A stretch of DNA of 64,000 bases from Endomicrobiales bacterium (GTDB taxonomy: Bacteria; Elusimicrobiota; Endomicrobiia; Endomicrobiales; JALOBY01). The notes under the pieces were generated by a model, which was not told where the DNA came from, made no database searches, and worked only from the letters and a program-made list of their open reading frames with translations. The position numbers were made by a program, and so were the translations under genes. This document shows, piece by piece, positions 9,737-20,196 of the stretch (position 1 is its first letter; each line of letters begins with the position of its first letter). Where the stretch lies: positions 256,001-320,000 of the forward strand of contig CAWCNJ010000004.1 of NCBI GenBank assembly GCA_963796955.1, read 5' to 3'.

Positions 9737-12700
9737 ATAAAATAATTTCCATTATCATCCTGGCTTGTTTTACTCTTACTTCGGTGGGCGGGCAAGCGCT
9801 GAATGCCGCCGCTGCCGAACTGCGCGCGCCGGCAGCTTCCAGGCCGATAGCGCCGCTTTTCGATGTGGTCATTCCGCAGGAATTTGGGCGTATCACAGAC
9901 GGCGCCCTGGCATCATCCGGACAAAAACAAATTGTTATCAATATTCAGGACCTGCATTGCAACCCGGAAGTACAGAGAAATATCTCCAGCATCCTTGAAC
10001 AGCTGGAAAAGCGATACGGGCTTTCCGCAGTTTATGTGGAAGGCGGTTACGGCAATATTGACACATCCTGGCTGTGCAACATGTCGAACGAGGCAACTAA
10101 GAAGAACATCGCTAATGCACTGGTAAGCGGCGGGCGGCTTACCGGAAGCGAATATTATTCGGTCACGGCCAACAAACCTCATTTGTTAAAAGGTCTGGAA
10201 GATGAAGCTGTCCATAAAGCAAACATCGTGCGGCTTGGCGAGATAATTAAACGAAAAGAAAGTGTCGGGCGTATATTAAAAGAAATGGAACATGAGCTTT
10301 CGTACATGGAAGCGAACGACTGCTGTCGCCAAAGCCGGAAATTCAACGAAACTGTGCAGCAGCATACCGCCGGCCGACTGTCGACCGAGAATTACTACCG
10401 GCTACTGCAGGGGTATGTCGAAAAAGTCTCCGGCAAACCAAAGAACTACCATGCTTTAGGAAACATTCGCATGGCAGACTTCCCAACATTAAAGGCATAC
10501 ATCGAACTTACGCACATTGCCAAGGACCTGAAGTACAAAAATATATCCCGTCAGCTGCGCCCTTTTATGCAGGTCGTAAAATCCAACATTTCGTTCATGG
10601 AATACAACGATCTTTCCGATAAAACCGATAACTTTTCAAGAACGAACGAGCTCTATTTTTATCTCGGCGCCATAGCTCAAAACCCTCGCATTGCGCAGCA
10701 GTGCCGGCCCCGCTACCCGGAGCTCTACACTTTTTTTGACTACACCGCCAGGAACAGACAGATAAACCCGCTAAGCCTCATCACAGAGGAAAAGCGTTTG
10801 ACCGAAGCATTACGCATAGCCTTCGCCCAAAACACCCCTGACCTGGAGGTTTCCTACCTCGCTGATTTCATGGTGTATTTTAAACAATACCTCTCCGGCA
10901 GTATAGCCGCCGACGATTATCAATATGTAAGCAGGCAGCTACCGGCATTCGTGAAAACATGGAAAGATCATTCGATCACCGGCCGCATCGACACCCTTTC
11001 AGATGACCTTGACCGGGTAAAAGAGTATTACGATACCAATTGCCGGCGAAATGAATGTTTCTTGACAAACGCGAACATCGCACGGAGCCCATGTTCATCA
11101 CTTGCCTGCATCCAGGATGTCCCTCCTGATGCATTGTCTCGTGCGTTGAAATCCTCACAACTTACCGTCATGGTTACCGGCGGCTTTCACTCTGAAGGAT
11201 TGAAAGCTCTGCTGCAAAACAAGGGCATAGCCTACATAACGATCACGCCCAATGTGACATTAGATACCGACCCCGCAAAGCAACTATACGAAATGCTCGC
11301 GCAACAGCAAGCTAAAACCTTCGCCAAACAATCCCTGGCCCTCGCCCTCGGCTCCACCAATGCCAAAGTCATTACCTCCGGCAACGACAAGTTCGTGGTA
11401 GAACTGAACGACGATCAGGTAACGTTGATAAGAAAAGGAGAGGGTTTTGTCATCTCCGGGTCATCGGTCCGCCGCGGCGGAAACTCAGCGCGCAGTTCTG
11501 CCGTAACGAGCGGCGTTAAAGAAGCCCTTGCCATCACGAATAAATTTCTCCACACAGAAAGCCTCATGTTAAACCCCGCTCTCAGTGCTGAACTTATTTA
11601 TCAGCTGGTAAAAACCTTCTCGCTCTGGTCCGCCCGTGAGGGGATCTACACCGGCAACGGGTTAATATGGTCCATTGCCACGGATCCTGCAGTGCAGGAT
11701 ATTATTAACACCAGGGAGGGAGTCACTCTCGAAGATTTGAACCAGCTCCCGGATATCATCCAGCGGCTCACAGCCGGCCATGCATCACAACCAACAATTG
11801 ATGCCCAGGTTGTTGTCTGTGCATTAGCGATATTACAAGAAAAAACTGCTCATGGGGCCACTGGGGTCGGGTCTCACAGCGAACAGAAAATTTCTTCGGC
11901 TGATAAGGGAGGTTCTTACGTAGACTTTAAAATTGGGTCACGTAAGTTCAGGATAATGCACGCGGACGGGGTAGTAAAAAGTAATTATTATGGGGACTTT
12001 ATGGTTGAAAGTGCCCCGATGATTGTTGAGGACCTTAAAAGAAGAGGAAACAAACTGAAACGGGTTTTTGAAGTGGGTTCCGGCAAAGGTGCAATGATAA
12101 CAGCTTTCGGGCTGCTTACCGGCGATGATACAAAACTGATAGGCATAGATATAAACGATAAGGCTGTCGCTTTAATTAAACAAAACGTCACGCTCAACGG
12201 TTTGGAAAACAAGGTAAAGGTTAAGAAAGGTAACGTAATAGATGACTGGGACACCGAGGGGCCGGTGGATCTGATTCTTGCGGACTTTCCTATGATCCCG
12301 GTTGACCCGGTAAAATACAAAAGCCAACTGGATGAACAGGCTTTTAAAGAGATTAACGGCGGCGCCGATGGAAGATATTATACGGATATGATAATTCGCA
12401 GGGCTTCGAGATATCTTGCAGATGATGGAGCAATTGCCATTGTCCAGCCGGATTTTAACGGAGTCGAAAAAACCTTGAAACTGCTCAACGAAAATGGTTT
12501 TGAAGCACATGTGATAGCTAAAAAAAAGCAGTACCTGGATGAAACCACTTTTACTAGAAATAACAAGGACTATATAGAAGGATTGGGTAACGATTATCGT
12601 TTTGCCACAGACGAAACTGGTCGATTGTACTTCAATATAGTAATAATTGAAGGCATAAAAATAAAAACTGGGGCATCTGGGGCCGGGACTCAATCGATAA

Positions 12701-15700
12701 GTGGGGCCAAGTCTCAACCGTTGATAGATAAAGATACAGGGGAGACCTTTAACTATAAGCCTCATCAGAAAGCTTTTAGTAGTATAAAAGTCGGTGGTCA
12801 TAAACCGAAGCTAAGCGGAACAGTGGTGTCTGTTCTGTATCCGTCAACGACAATAGATGGGATGAAGGTAAAAACTTTTAAAAGTGATGGTCCTTCCGGA
12901 AGCATGAGAATTGCACAAGGTGTATATGATTTCGCGATTTACGATGCTGATAGTGACGAATATTTGGTCAGCGATGGGTTCTGGCAAAATTTCCGGAATG
13001 CGGGTGAGCATGGCGCTTTGCTGCGTTTTGCAAGGAAGAAGCAACGGTGGGAGGCCGCTAATAAAGAAGCAGTTATAGGATACGGGGAACAACTTAAGTA
13101 TGAAATAGATGCGATCAGGCGCAGCAAAACAAATATTGATTCGTGGACCGACGATGAAAAAGGGCTGATTCCCGAGGCTGCTATGATGGAGAGATGTAGA
13201 CGTCTGCTTGGAAATTCTGTGGTAACCGCTACATCTGAAAACCGGAGCACGAATGCTAAACTCGTTGACATGCCACGCACCAGTAATGCTCAATTCGTTG
13301 CCGGTTTGCAACAACGTATATCGAATCGCACTTCATTAACCGTTAATGAAGGCGAAAAAATTATTCGTGAATTATTGGCATTGCGTACCGATAGCAGCGT
13401 ACGAAGGAATAAAATTGATCAACTTATAGAATCAGTTTTGAAGATCATGGTCCGTGAAGGTGAACAACAACCTCTTTTTGCTCCTATACCGTATGCACAC
13501 AAGATCGCATTTCGTGATGATCTTTTGGATAGGTTTGGATTGTTATTTGCGCTTATTTCAGAGACTGACAGCAATGGAACATACGCATGTAGCGGCTCAT
13601 TTATTAAAATGGTCATGGACAGGCCCTCTATTGATGGGAAAATACGTGTGCTGCTGACACTACGAAAAAAGGTGCTGAGCGGTGAGCTCCATAAGATTTC
13701 GGAAAGCATAAGTCTGATCCGTAGTCTGCGCGCGCTTGAGTCCGGCCGTCCCATTACAAGTATCTATCTTACTAGTATGATAGAACAGGTTTTAAAGGAT
13801 ACAGTCCGAGATGATGGGGTAAGGCTTTTTGCCGATGGACAAAGAACGGTAGCTACCGCGGGTTTATATGCAAACAAGATTGCTTTGCGCGGGGATGTTG
13901 ACAAAAGGATCGATCTGTTGTTTATGCTCATAAGTGAGCCGGATGGAAAAGGTGGTTATGAATTCAGCGATTCGTTCATTGATATCGCCATGAATGACGC
14001 TTCGCTGGACAGCAAGACACGTGCATTGTTGTCATTAAGGAAAAAGATCGCTAACAGCGGCTCGTTTGAGGTCTCTGAAAGCATGGGGTTGATCCGAGAA
14101 CTGCTTGCGCAGGTGTGCGAACGGCCAATTTCAAAAGTTTATCTTACCCCGCTTATCGAACAAGTTTTAAAGCGAACTGTCCGCAGTGATGGGGCAATGG
14201 TATTTTCTGCGGATATATACCCTCTCCACATAGCACGAAAAAAGGATTTATCGGACAAGATAGATATTCTGCACTACCTATTGAACGCAAGGGATGAGCA
14301 CGGCGTATATACTTATAATCAAAGTAAAATACTTCAAATGCTTAACAGGGATACTGCCGAGTTAAAAGATGCCATGACAAAACAAATTACATCATTTGCC
14401 ATGATCTCTCAATTGAAAAAAGAAGTTCAGAGCCGGGATACAATTGATGTGACGGCTGCCGAGAAGTACATTCGGCGCGCATTGTCGGTTGTTGACGGCA
14501 AAAGTATTGTTAGACCGAGGGTTACGCCAATATTAATGGAGATTCTGGACAGATTGGCGCGCGACGGTGAAAAAGTATTCGCCGGCAGCCGGTATTACAG
14601 CCGCCATCTCGCGGGTAACATTGAGTTGCAGAACTTAGACAACTTTGTACGGTTGGTCTCAGAAAAAAAGCGGGGAGGGGGGTATCAACAAGCCGAGGGA
14701 ACCAGCAAGTATACAGGTTCATACATATACAAGATAATGATGCATATTCCTGACGGCAGCAGGATCAATCAATTGCGGGACCTGGAGCAGGAGGCAACGG
14801 AGTCGGCAACATTAACTGTCGGCGAAGGGATGAACCTTGTTCGCCGTATTCTGGGTATGGTTGATGGGCGTAACATAAATCGTAAACAGGTCAGCCGGGT
14901 TTTAGAAACTATATTTGCGAAGATAGAACGTAATGAAGTCATGCTGCCTCGATACGCCAGGTTGCTAAGTGGAAAGTACGATATAGCGGATGTTCTAGAT
15001 GCTATTCAAACGATGTTGTCACTAAAGGACCTATCCGGACGTTATGTGTTCAGTAACTCCTTTATTACAACGAACTTAATAAAGGATGATATTGCTTTAA
15101 GGCAGGTCATTGCGGAGAGATATCATAAAACAATTACCGCTCAGCTGCAGCAGATAAGCGATATATCAGTCGAAAATGGTAATAGTGCGATCCATAGCCT
15201 TCTGCTATCAGTCGTTGGTACGATTATTAGTCGGGACCAGATTGAGCCATACGTTGAAAGTATTCTCTCAAAGATGATGCGTGATGGTCAGCGAATATTG
15301 CTTGCACAGAACAGCCAGGTCTTTGCACAAAGAGCCGATCTGTTGGATGTTCTTGATATATATGAAAAGATAGCCTCTGCGCGCGATGTAAATAATGAAT
15401 ATATATTTAGTAAGGATGAAATCAACGGCCTTCTTACTGAAAGACAGGGTTCTGCACCAGAAGATTTGAAACGAGAGTACTGTCAACGTGTGATCGCAGT
15501 TACAGAACGTCAGATCCCTACTCTGCACCCGGTTGATATGCAGCTGGGGATGCAGATTGTTTCTCAAATTGCAGACTCATATGAAATGTACCCACAGAAA
15601 TTTGAATGGGGACATCTCAAACTGGTGATAAAGGATATTCTTGCCCATATCACTCGGAACAATGAGCTCGTTTTTGTTGATGCTCAGCAGCTAAATGAAA

Positions 15701-18700
15701 TTGTAGGTAACCGTGGTTTCAGGAAAAAAATACCTTCTCTCATGGCACAATTATCTGATAAGACGGGAAACGAATATAGCTACTCCGCCACGGAAATATG
15801 GGCAAACCTATTCGCGAGAAAAGGTCATGTACCATCCATGGTATCTCTGGACGCGCAGCGGGGCGAGTATGGCGATTATACTATGTACGATCGGGTGCAT
15901 GAATCAGATGAAATATCGATGGAGGACAGCGCGGCCCTTGCGGAAGCGGTACTCGTTTTTGCCCGTCAGAGAGGAGTGAACCCCTATGAACCAGATCAAC
16001 TGGCAAAATTGCTAGATGATTTGATTCAAGAAGGCACAATTACTGATCGATCCGTCCGTAAAGGGAATCAATCCCTGGGAGTCGTCATAAAAACATCACT
16101 AGATCTTACTCTTGCCGAAGATGGTGTAAAGCAGTTAGTCGCTGGTAATGTACAGAAAGCGGCAACGTTGATAGCTCAAGCGATAGCGAAGAAAAATCCG
16201 TTCGTGCCGTTTGCGGAGCGGACGGTGTTGAACAATGATCCCAAGATCGCGCCGAAGCTTGAGGCACTGAAAGCCAGATTGCGTCAGATGCCGGAGTTCC
16301 CGCAGAAGATGATCGATAAGATCCGGGTGTATGACCGCGCCGGGCCGGATAAGCCCTGGATGTTGACGGCGGAAGGCAGTATCGGCTTTGCCACTGTTGA
16401 GCTCGGCGGTAATGACGGCGAAACCATTACCAGCATTCCCATATCCGCCGGCCTGCTGGATGAGAACCTGTTCAGCCTGGACGAACAAGCAACCGCTATC
16501 ATGCATGAACCGTTCGCCCTTAATTGGCGCAAGCTTAATCGGATGGGCGGAAAACTGCCTGCTACTGATGAAGGGTATCATCTCTATTTAAAAGCTAAGG
16601 TCAATTCCGGCATAGCGACCGATGATGAAAAACGTGAAGCAGCGCTGCTTGCGAAAGTAGATCCGCTGCTGCACGAGGTTGTCAACAATCTTCCGTTCGA
16701 GCTTACCGGGGAGATCACCGAATTTTTCCCCGGGATTCAGCTTGCGGGACACGTGGCTCTCAATGATATTCTAGGACTTCAAACCCAGGCCAAAAGGGCC
16801 GCAAGATTTAACGGTCTTTCTGTTACCGGGGAAAATACAAGAAAAGCAAAACAGGTGATCTCTGCCGCTATAGGCGGTTTTAAAGGCAGTGGCAGATTCT
16901 CGTTCATTATGATCGGCAGCGGCGGCCGCGGTGAGATGTGTTACAAATCCGATATTGATTACATATTGCTTCATGATGATAAAATGACACCCAAAGAATT
17001 AGAGGAAATAGCCTCGCGTGCCGGGGCGGCTGTGAAAAAAGCCGGATTTAACCCGGTTTCGGCTTTTAAGGTGGGCACCATCAGCACCATAATGGATAAC
17101 GCTGAGATCAGCAATATAGATAAATGGGTAATGTATGATATGGCATACGTTTGCGGGGATCAGGAGTTGTACGGTGATCTAGAGTCATCTTTTAAGGCAT
17201 CCCTCGCGAATAAAACACAGGATGACCGGGACAGGTTCGCGCTCAAATGGTATTTGCTGGAAAAAAGACTGCAGAATTTACATAGCGACGATCCTGCACA
17301 GCCCAACGTCAAAAATAGCAAGGGTTCCCTGAAAGATATTCAGCATATAGAACTTATGGCAAAAATGCTCTACGGCATTAGCGGCACTGATATAACGGAG
17401 ATCGCTTCAGGCATGGTCGACAAAGGCGTTTTAACCCTGGCTGAAGCTGATTCTCTTGTCGGATCCGCAAAATATATTTTTGCGGTTAGAAATCAGCTGC
17501 ATCTGCTTGCAGATGAGGAGGCCGATGTTTTAACTGAGCCGGTTCAAAAGCAGTTAGCCCAGATATTCGGATACGTGAACGGCGCCGATTTTTTAGGTGA
17601 ATACAAAGTAAAGGCCGGCGCGTTATATGAAATTGCTGAAAAATTAAGGAATAGCATGATCAAGGAAGTGGGGGAACGCAGGGGCCATTCCTGGGCAGGT
17701 ATGTTAAATATGGCGCTGCAGCCCGGGCAATCCAGAGAGAATTATTCGAGTCTGCTTGCTAACGGAGACGATATAATCTGGCTGGCTATTGCCTGTAATT
17801 GCAAGCATGGCGATGTTCTTGAACAACTTTTAGAGCGAATAATGGCCGGGAAACTGGATTGGAGTCTCCTGTTCGGTTTAGCAAAGTCTCCGAATTCAAC
17901 GCCGGCGATATTCAAACGGTTGCTCGAGTTCAAAGACAAAGGCAACGGTTACCGGATGGTCGTGCGGGATGTCGGTTTGAACCGGTCTACCCCGGTGGAA
18001 ATGTTGCTGACCATCACAAAAGAAAACGGGTATGATTATATGGCGGTAGATTTTGCCGAGGCGAACTTAAAGGCACGACCCCAGGAAAGAAATGCCTTTC
18101 TTGAAAAAGAATATCAGCTGGCGATGGTTGAACCGCTGGCTAAAGCACGGGCGCTTGGGAAAGCGGATATCGTAATAGGTATACCGTACTACATGGAGCA
18201 AGACACTATAGAGAATGTATTCCGTAAAATACTGGATGGCCTGAACAGGGATTATCCCGGTAAAAAATGCGTTATTTTGTGCGCCGGGAACCCGGATAAC
18301 CAGCGTACACGGGACATACAGGCTTTGATAAACAAGATCGGTCTTAAGGGGCAGACCCAGGCGATCGCTTATCTGGTGCCTATAGCGGGGAAGGGCATGG
18401 CCTTAAGGTCAATGATGGAGATGGCTGAAACCATGGATAGCGATGTCTGTGGTTTTATCGATGCTGATGAACGTGCCATAACAGAAGATTGGGCGCCCAG
18501 TTTGGCCGCGCCCGTGCTTTCGGGACAGTATGATTATGTGTCGCCCCGGTATACGCGCCACCACCACACGGCAACTATAACTAATCATTTCGGGTTTCCT
18601 CTCGTCAGCACGGTATACGGCAAGCAAGTGCGCCAGCCCATGGGCGGTGAATTTGCGATGTCAAAGGAAATGATAAAGGTTTTCCTGAAAGATCCCGACA

Positions 18701-20196
18701 TCTGGTATACCAATGTCGGAGGCTATGGCGTTGATAACTGGCTTACCATAACCGCTATTACTAATTTTAAACAGGCAAGGATATGTGAGGTCGATCTGGG
18801 TACCAAGATACATAATTTAAGTTCTTTCGAAAAACGCGGGTCCATGTTCAAACAGGTCGCAGGTCAGCTGTTTGCCACGTTCAAGCAGACTGCGCTATAC
18901 TGGATGGAAATTATGGACGCTATGCCAAACCAGATAGTAGGGAGTTTCCTGGGCATCCAGCCTGCCGCTAACAATGCCGACTACCGGATCTGGATCGATA
19001 AGGCCAGGGAAAACTATAAAAAATGCAACGGCGTACTTTCAAAAGTGTTGGGGCCCGACGAAGGCAAGGCCATAGCGGCAATGTTCTTATCCGAAAACCC
19101 AGAGGATATAGAATTGTCGAGTGAAAAATGGATAGGATATGTCTATGATTTTATAATCGCCTACGCTTTCAAGGGACTGGGTGATACAAAAGAATTTTGG
19201 AACGCCCTGGAGGCATTGTGGGAAGTGCGCGCAGGTACTTTTATAAGGCAAACGCAGGATTTACCGTTCCAAGACGCTGAAAAACTGGTGAATGCTCAAA
19301 CGGCTGCCTTTATCGCCCGCAAACCCGATTTTGTCAGTAAATGGAAACAAAGCGAACTCGAATTAAAAGCCAGGCGGCCACGGCTGGAAATTATTAACCC
19401 GGAGCTGAAGGCAGATGTTAAAGTCGTCGTATTTGATTGGGACGGAACCATAATGAACCTGATCCCGGAGTGGAAAGACACATTGCGGGATGTCCTGACA
19501 AAAGAGTTAGGCGCGCAGGTGGCAGATTTCCCGACAAGTCACGGATCTGTGGGCGCTATAGGCTGGGCGCTCAGGGAAGCGGCAAGGCTTGGTATTGTAT
19601 CAAAAAAACGCGAGGTGGATTTTACAGCGCAATACGTTGCGGCTATGAATCGTCTTGTCGAAGGAATGAAGGATTCAGAGCTGCTCATAACAGGCGCTCA
19701 GGAGGTTGTAGCCTCGATACATGCGACCGGCGCGAAACTGATAGTGCTTTCCGCGGGGTATCATAAAGAAAAAGCGCCGCTCGTTAAACGTTTCGGTTTG
19801 GACACCTATTTTGATGAAGTTATCGCCAGACGCCCCGGTATTCTCAAAGAACAGAACACAAATAAATTCAAAATAGATAAACTTGTAGAAATAAAGCGAA
19901 AGTACGGTTTAACCGGCGCGCAAGTAGCTATCGTCGGTGATAACGTGATAGATATAAGAGCGGCAAAAGCAGCGGGCGCCATAGCCGTCGGTATAGCTGC
20001 CAACGATGTGATCAGGGAAAAGCTCATCAATGAAGGGGCCGATGTAATCATTAACGGCGATTATGAAGATGTAAAAACCCGGCTCGCCGATATTCTACAT
20101 TGCAATGGTTTGCAAAACCGGGACGTAAAAAGAATTTTAAAGCAACCCATGAAGACATGTCTTCGGGTGTACCCGCCCAATCCCTCGGGATCGTGA
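9733..20196 (+). CDS. giant multidomain protein part 1: signal peptide, N-domain, SAM methyltransferase, helical repeats, spacer module, GlnD-like nucleotidyltransferase, glycosyltransferase, HAD hydrolase
   Basis: 3487-aa ORF; motifs IQDLHC, VTGGFHSEG, FEVGSGKG, GSGGRGEMCYKSDID, RQPMGGEF, FDWDGT/VGDNVIDI. Confidence 0.9.
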   Translation: MNKIISIIILACFTLTSVGGQALNAAAAELRAPAASRPIAPLFDVVIPQEFGRITDGALASSGQKQIVINIQDLHCNPEVQRNISSILEQLEKRYGLSAVYVEGGYGNIDTSWLCNMSNEATKKNIANALVSGGRLTGSEYYSVTANKPHLLKGLEDEAVHKANIVRLGEIIKRKESVGRILKEMEHELSYMEANDCCRQSRKFNETVQQHTAGRLSTENYYRLLQGYVEKVSGKPKNYHALGNIRMADFPTLKAYIELTHIAKDLKYKNISRQLRPFMQVVKSNISFMEYNDLSDKTDNFSRTNELYFYLGAIAQNPRIAQQCRPRYPELYTFFDYTARNRQINPLSLITEEKRLTEALRIAFAQNTPDLEVSYLADFMVYFKQYLSGSIAADDYQYVSRQLPAFVKTWKDHSITGRIDTLSDDLDRVKEYYDTNCRRNECFLTNANIARSPCSSLACIQDVPPDALSRALKSSQLTVMVTGGFHSEGLKALLQNKGIAYITITPNVTLDTDPAKQLYEMLAQQQAKTFAKQSLALALGSTNAKVITSGNDKFVVELNDDQVTLIRKGEGFVISGSSVRRGGNSARSSAVTSGVKEALAITNKFLHTESLMLNPALSAELIYQLVKTFSLWSAREGIYTGNGLIWSIATDPAVQDIINTREGVTLEDLNQLPDIIQRLTAGHASQPTIDAQVVVCALAILQEKTAHGATGVGSHSEQKISSADKGGSYVDFKIGSRKFRIMHADGVVKSNYYGDFMVESAPMIVEDLKRRGNKLKRVFEVGSGKGAMITAFGLLTGDDTKLIGIDINDKAVALIKQNVTLNGLENKVKVKKGNVIDDWDTEGPVDLILADFPMIPVDPVKYKSQLDEQAFKEINGGADGRYYTDMIIRRASRYLADDGAIAIVQPDFNGVEKTLKLLNENGFEAHVIAKKKQYLDETTFTRNNKDYIEGLGNDYRFATDETGRLYFNIVIIEGIKIKTGASGAGTQSISGAKSQPLIDKDTGETFNYKPHQKAFSSIKVGGHKPKLSGTVVSVLYPSTTIDGMKVKTFKSDGPSGSMRIAQGVYDFAIYDADSDEYLVSDGFWQNFRNAGEHGALLRFARKKQRWEAANKEAVIGYGEQLKYEIDAIRRSKTNIDSWTDDEKGLIPEAAMMERCRRLLGNSVVTATSENRSTNAKLVDMPRTSNAQFVAGLQQRISNRTSLTVNEGEKIIRELLALRTDSSVRRNKIDQLIESVLKIMVREGEQQPLFAPIPYAHKIAFRDDLLDRFGLLFALISETDSNGTYACSGSFIKMVMDRPSIDGKIRVLLTLRKKVLSGELHKISESISLIRSLRALESGRPITSIYLTSMIEQVLKDTVRDDGVRLFADGQRTVATAGLYANKIALRGDVDKRIDLLFMLISEPDGKGGYEFSDSFIDIAMNDASLDSKTRALLSLRKKIANSGSFEVSESMGLIRELLAQVCERPISKVYLTPLIEQVLKRTVRSDGAMVFSADIYPLHIARKKDLSDKIDILHYLLNARDEHGVYTYNQSKILQMLNRDTAELKDAMTKQITSFAMISQLKKEVQSRDTIDVTAAEKYIRRALSVVDGKSIVRPRVTPILMEILDRLARDGEKVFAGSRYYSRHLAGNIELQNLDNFVRLVSEKKRGGGYQQAEGTSKYTGSYIYKIMMHIPDGSRINQLRDLEQEATESATLTVGEGMNLVRRILGMVDGRNINRKQVSRVLETIFAKIERNEVMLPRYARLLSGKYDIADVLDAIQTMLSLKDLSGRYVFSNSFITTNLIKDDIALRQVIAERYHKTITAQLQQISDISVENGNSAIHSLLLSVVGTIISRDQIEPYVESILSKMMRDGQRILLAQNSQVFAQRADLLDVLDIYEKIASARDVNNEYIFSKDEINGLLTERQGSAPEDLKREYCQRVIAVTERQIPTLHPVDMQLGMQIVSQIADSYEMYPQKFEWGHLKLVIKDILAHITRNNELVFVDAQQLNEIVGNRGFRKKIPSLMAQLSDKTGNEYSYSATEIWANLFARKGHVPSMVSLDAQRGEYGDYTMYDRVHESDEISMEDSAALAEAVLVFARQRGVNPYEPDQLAKLLDDLIQEGTITDRSVRKGNQSLGVVIKTSLDLTLAEDGVKQLVAGNVQKAATLIAQAIAKKNPFVPFAERTVLNNDPKIAPKLEALKARLRQMPEFPQKMIDKIRVYDRAGPDKPWMLTAEGSIGFATVELGGNDGETITSIPISAGLLDENLFSLDEQATAIMHEPFALNWRKLNRMGGKLPATDEGYHLYLKAKVNSGIATDDEKREAALLAKVDPLLHEVVNNLPFELTGEITEFFPGIQLAGHVALNDILGLQTQAKRAARFNGLSVTGENTRKAKQVISAAIGGFKGSGRFSFIMIGSGGRGEMCYKSDIDYILLHDDKMTPKELEEIASRAGAAVKKAGFNPVSAFKVGTISTIMDNAEISNIDKWVMYDMAYVCGDQELYGDLESSFKASLANKTQDDRDRFALKWYLLEKRLQNLHSDDPAQPNVKNSKGSLKDIQHIELMAKMLYGISGTDITEIASGMVDKGVLTLAEADSLVGSAKYIFAVRNQLHLLADEEADVLTEPVQKQLAQIFGYVNGADFLGEYKVKAGALYEIAEKLRNSMIKEVGERRGHSWAGMLNMALQPGQSRENYSSLLANGDDIIWLAIACNCKHGDVLEQLLERIMAGKLDWSLLFGLAKSPNSTPAIFKRLLEFKDKGNGYRMVVRDVGLNRSTPVEMLLTITKENGYDYMAVDFAEANLKARPQERNAFLEKEYQLAMVEPLAKARALGKADIVIGIPYYMEQDTIENVFRKILDGLNRDYPGKKCVILCAGNPDNQRTRDIQALINKIGLKGQTQAIAYLVPIAGKGMALRSMMEMAETMDSDVCGFIDADERAITEDWAPSLAAPVLSGQYDYVSPRYTRHHHTATITNHFGFPLVSTVYGKQVRQPMGGEFAMSKEMIKVFLKDPDIWYTNVGGYGVDNWLTITAITNFKQARICEVDLGTKIHNLSSFEKRGSMFKQVAGQLFATFKQTALYWMEIMDAMPNQIVGSFLGIQPAANNADYRIWIDKARENYKKCNGVLSKVLGPDEGKAIAAMFLSENPEDIELSSEKWIGYVYDFIIAYAFKGLGDTKEFWNALEALWEVRAGTFIRQTQDLPFQDAEKLVNAQTAAFIARKPDFVSKWKQSELELKARRPRLEIINPELKADVKVVVFDWDGTIMNLIPEWKDTLRDVLTKELGAQVADFPTSHGSVGAIGWALREAARLGIVSKKREVDFTAQYVAAMNRLVEGMKDSELLITGAQEVVASIHATGAKLIVLSAGYHKEKAPLVKRFGLDTYFDEVIARRPGILKEQNTNKFKIDKLVEIKRKYGLTGAQVAIVGDNVIDIRAAKAAGAIAVGIAANDVIREKLINEGADVIINGDYEDVKTRLADILHCNGLQNRDVKRILKQPMKTCLRVYPPNPSGS
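13300..15830 (+). repeat. seven tandem ~120-aa degenerate helical repeats in the giant protein
   Basis: recurring (T/S)VxEGxxLIRxLL...RDG...GxYxYS pattern. Confidence 0.7.
16069..16735 (+). repeat. ~220-aa spacer module, copy 1
   Basis: QSLGVVIKTS...KIRVYDRAGP...EGSIGF...HEP...PATDEGYH...EFFPG. Confidence 0.92.
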
